Assembly (NCBI GenBank): GCA_051439505.1
Contig: JBFRWI010000082.1
Location: 1-19,142 of the forward strand
Source of the DNA: Hormoscilla sp.
GTDB taxonomy: Bacteria; Cyanobacteriota; Cyanobacteriia; Cyanobacteriales; Desertifilaceae
Direction of reading: 5' to 3'
Length of the DNA: 19,142 nucleotides
Of the stretch, positions 16,262 through 19,142 are shown piece by piece (position 1 is the stretch's first letter; the number at the start of each line of letters is the position of its first letter). The notes beneath the pieces were generated by a model. The model was not told the origin of the DNA. It searched no databases and saw only the letters and a program-made list of their open reading frames with translations. The translations under genes and the position numbers were made by a program.

Positions 16262-18646
16262 ATGTCAGTCAAACTTAACAAAGATGGCCCTCGTATACTG
16301 AGAGAGGCTTATAAGCGTAAAGGGTTGTCACAGTACGAATGGGCACGCCAAGCTGGCTATACAGAGATAGTTGTTAAAAATCTTCTCAGAATTGAAGGCG
16401 GCGGTCCTGTCAGTCAAGAGGCGCTAGAGCGTTTGTGTGAAGTCGTGGAGGTTAACTGGCAAGATGTTGTGGAAGACCCCCCGATCGACCCTCTACTGGC
16501 AGAGGTACGGGAGAAGCACCGGCCATACTTGATCGAGAAGCACGGCAAGATACGAGTCTTGGACATGGAACAGCCCATCGGCCTAGATGATGTCTTTATC
16601 GAAGTCAAGATTCTCGAAAAATTGACCAAACGCTTGCACCTCAGCCGGAAAGAACTGATGGACCAAGCTAACCATCCCGACCATGACTTTGAACGTTGGG
16701 GTTTCGGTCGCGTTCTGGAAGAGGGCTTGTCAGGTCTGGATGCCTTGAAAAAATTTCAGAAATTGGTGGTATTGGGTAAGCCGGGTTCGGGGAAAACCAC
16801 GTTTTTACGTCGGGTTGCCATTCTCAATATTCACGGGCATTTTCTGCCCGATCATGTCCCGGTGTTCATACCCTTGGCTGACTTTGCTGCCGATCGCAAG
16901 CAGCCTTCTTTGCTGGACTATATTATTGAGCATTGGCAAAACCGGGGGGGCATTTCTCCGGAAACGACCAAAGAGTTGCTCAGGCGAGGGCGTGTCTTGG
17001 TCTTGTTGGATGGACTCGATGAGGTCAAAGAAGCCGATAGCGAACGAGTCATTCGATCGGTCGAAGCTTTTACTCACCAGTTTATGGAAAACCATTTTGC
17101 CATCACCTGCCGCATTGCGGCCCGGGAGTACACATTTAAATCCTTTACTGAGGTGGAGGTGGCTGATTTTAAGGATGCTCAAATTAAAGATTTTGCTGAC
17201 AAGTGGTTCTCGGCCCGCCGCGACAAACACAAAACTTGCAAATCAGCAGAAGAGTTTTTGCAACAGCTGGAAGCCCATCCTCGCATGCAGCAACTGGCAA
17301 CTTCGCCTCTGCTGTTGACTCTGCTATGCTTGGTATTTGAAGATTCCGGTCGCTTTATGGAGAGTCGTGCCGATCTTTACAAGGAAGGAATCGATTTGTT
17401 GCTCTTCAAGTGGGACAGTCGAGAACACAATCTTCAGCGTCCCCGAGTGTACAGCGGTCTGGGGCCTCGACGCATCCGATCGCTACTGGGGCAGATAGCC
17501 AAAGATACCCTGGAACGAGAGGAAAAATTTTTTCGGGAGAGACATATTGAATGCTGGATAGGTGACTTTATCCGCAATTTGCCGGAAGCTAAGACAGATC
17601 CGGAGGCTTTGAGGGTCGATAGCCATCAAGTTCTTGAATCCATTGGAGGATACGGTCTATTGATAGAGCGATCGCAGAAGTTATGGTCTTTTTCGCACTT
17701 GACCTTCCACGAGTATTTTGCGGCAGATGCGATCGCGGAGCGTTGTAACCCTGACATGCCTGACGATCCAGTCCTCAATCAACTGGTCAGTCATCTGTGC
17801 GATCGGCGTTGGCGAGAGGTCTTTCTTCTGACCTCGGAAATGCTAGTTAATGCCGATAAGTTATTGCTGTTGATGAAAAGAAAGACCGATGCATTGATTG
17901 CAGAAACAGATGCATTGCAGTCAATGCTTAATTCTTTATCCCAGAGGTCTTGCGATGTTAAGTCTCGATATAAGCCTGCTGGGATTCGTGCTTTTGATAT
18001 AGAAGGGGCAATGGATAATTATAATCCTCATGTATGTGCAAGAGATAAATCACTTGAAGATAATTTATCTCTTGAAATTATCTTGCTTCAAATAATGGGA
18101 ATTGTTTTATACAATCACGATTTGTCTAGCTCTCTTTCTTTGGGTGTTGATACTTGTATAGATCGGATCATTGAACCTCTTTTTGAAGAAGATTTCCCCA
18201 GGGAAATTGATTATGGCAAGGCAAGCGATCGCTATGAACTCTGGCAAAATGCAGAACTTGATACAGATGTCAGACAAATCAGTAAGGCCATTGAAAAAGC
18301 TAGTCATCCCACCCTGGGCAACCCCGAGTTGAAGCAAGCATTACAACAGCTTCAGGATAAGCTGCCTGACGATTTAGATGAAAACAATCAAGAGTGGCTC
18401 AAAACCCAGTCAGCGAAGGATTGGGGGGAAGAACTCAGGCAAGTTATCATTAAATATCGAGGGATTGGGCATGATTGGCAAGGACAGTTTACACCTGCGG
18501 AACGCCAACTGTTGAAAAGCTATTACAATGCCAATGCCTTGTTGGCTCGTTGTTTGAATGGTAACTCGGTTGTCTCTCCTCATGTTCGCCAAGAAATTGA
18601 GGATACTTTGCTATTGCCTGACGCCGAAATTAAGGCCAGGTCATAA
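16262..18646 (+). CDS. XRE-like HTH + NACHT NTPase + C-terminal helical (NCH2-like) domain
   Basis: HTH: KGLSQYEWARQAGYTEIVVKNLL..LERLCEVVEVNWQDV. Walker A: GKPGSGKTT. Walker B: LVLLDGLDE. Also ITCR, SPLLLTLLC, FSHLTFHEYFAA, WREVFLL and a C-terminal IGHDW..F..LKSYYNAN.LL..CL..VRQEIEDTLLLP. Confidence 0.93.
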   Translation: MSVKLNKDGPRILREAYKRKGLSQYEWARQAGYTEIVVKNLLRIEGGGPVSQEALERLCEVVEVNWQDVVEDPPIDPLLAEVREKHRPYLIEKHGKIRVLDMEQPIGLDDVFIEVKILEKLTKRLHLSRKELMDQANHPDHDFERWGFGRVLEEGLSGLDALKKFQKLVVLGKPGSGKTTFLRRVAILNIHGHFLPDHVPVFIPLADFAADRKQPSLLDYIIEHWQNRGGISPETTKELLRRGRVLVLLDGLDEVKEADSERVIRSVEAFTHQFMENHFAITCRIAAREYTFKSFTEVEVADFKDAQIKDFADKWFSARRDKHKTCKSAEEFLQQLEAHPRMQQLATSPLLLTLLCLVFEDSGRFMESRADLYKEGIDLLLFKWDSREHNLQRPRVYSGLGPRRIRSLLGQIAKDTLEREEKFFRERHIECWIGDFIRNLPEAKTDPEALRVDSHQVLESIGGYGLLIERSQKLWSFSHLTFHEYFAADAIAERCNPDMPDDPVLNQLVSHLCDRRWREVFLLTSEMLVNADKLLLLMKRKTDALIAETDALQSMLNSLSQRSCDVKSRYKPAGIRAFDIEGAMDNYNPHVCARDKSLEDNLSLEIILLQIMGIVLYNHDLSSSLSLGVDTCIDRIIEPLFEEDFPREIDYGKASDRYELWQNAELDTDVRQISKAIEKASHPTLGNPELKQALQQLQDKLPDDLDENNQEWLKTQSAKDWGEELRQVIIKYRGIGHDWQGQFTPAERQLLKSYYNANALLARCLNGNSVVSPHVRQEIEDTLLLPDAEIKARS

Positions 18647-18744
18647 GCAATTCAAAATTAAAAATTCAGAATTAAAAATTGGGAAAGCCTCTTAGAGCAA
18701 GGGTTTCAGCTCTTGGGCCGTAGCAATGTAAATGCGCGACAGCT
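18646..18744. mobile_element. 99-bp non-autonomous element, TA target duplication (copy 2, inverted)
   Basis: TA|AGCAATTCAAAATT...AATGCGCGACAGCT|TA; sits in the NACHT stop codon. Confidence 0.8.
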
Positions 18745-18773
18745 TAATGATTTAGCTATGAAAGTCTCGCACA

Positions 18774-18910
18774 CTGGGAGGTGATGGCTCGCAGTCGCCA
18801 CCTGCTAGCACCGGTGTTGACAGGCTCCCGAGCAGCGAAATTATGGCTTGCTGGGGGGTGATGGCTCGCAGTCGCCACCTGTTGGCACCGGTGTTGACCG
18901 ACTCCGGAGC
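18774..18910 (+). repeat. Two 60-bp direct repeats (period 77) with folding potential
   Basis: CTGGG(A/G)GGTGATGGCTCGCAGTCGCCACCTG..GCACCGGTGTTGAC...CTCC.GAGC at 18774-18833 and 18851-18910. Confidence 0.85.
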
Positions 18911-19000
18911 CACTCACGGAGGATCTGATCGGAGAAACCCGGTTACCCAGACCGGCGTGCGAGCCCGCGCTCCCGGGAGACACAGAAGGGGAGACCCGAC

Positions 19001-19119
19001 CGGGTGTGGTCAAAACGGGTGTGGTCAAAAGTAGTTGGAGAGGATCCCCCCCAAACCCCCCCTTCCAAAAGGGGGGGGTTCCGGAAGCCCCCCTTTCTAA
19101 GGGGGGTTTGGGGGGATCC
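19001..19119. repeat. Left TIR of the 160-bp MITE family (15-bp duplicated) plus a G/C-run palindromic dispersed repeat
   Basis: CGGGTGTGGTCAAAA x2 then GTAGTTG, followed by GGATCCCCCCCAAACCCCCCTT...AAGGGGGGTTTGGGGGGATCC. Confidence 0.75.
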
Positions 19120-19142
19120 GGCGACTGGGAGGGCCGCCCGAA

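Noticed and set aside
36..18592. Short antisense or alternate-frame ORFs inside confident genes (e.g. 36-311, 3512-3971, 12718-13185, 16805-17318, 18107-18592)
   Set aside because: These are shadow ORFs with no motifs, overlapping well-supported CDSs.
18774..18910. Mini-CRISPR or tRNA genes
   Set aside because: There are only two 60-bp repeats with a 17-bp gap, and no T-loop GTTCGA, anticodon arm or CCA end.
18756..19034. Opposing ORFs 18756-19028 and 18843-19034
   Set aside because: They are built from GC-rich repeats and MITE ends, with no recognisable domain.

Overview
This is cyanobacterial chromosomal DNA: it has abundant HIP1 octamers (GCGATCGC), heptamer tandem repeats and REP-like palindromes. 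The left half holds a Pro-rich outer-membrane beta-barrel candidate and a CHAT (caspase-like) protease. Next come metF and trpS, separated by a ~3 kb REP-bracketed accessory block containing a frameshifted HTH gene, a UbiG-like methyltransferase, a hicA remnant, a candidate structured ncRNA and an MNT-HEPN toxin-antitoxin pair. After trpS lie two small coiled-coil genes and a hicBA pair whose hicA is split at its GSH motif by a 99-bp TA-flanked element. The right half (~10.5-18.7 kb) is largely HIP1-free. There an HTH-NACHT (STAND) protein is transcribed divergently from a run of envelope/secreted genes: two paralogous M23 peptidases (one with PA14, one with 3xSLH plus PEP-CTERM), a Cys-repeat secreted protein, an SMR-like membrane protein and a Cys-rich peptide. 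The shared intergenic region carries a helically phased array of AGATC boxes (13 GATC in ~150 bp, three higher-order units). This regulator/operator-array/hydrolase arrangement is the best candidate for an undescribed system. All calls were made by eye from motifs; no database search was run.
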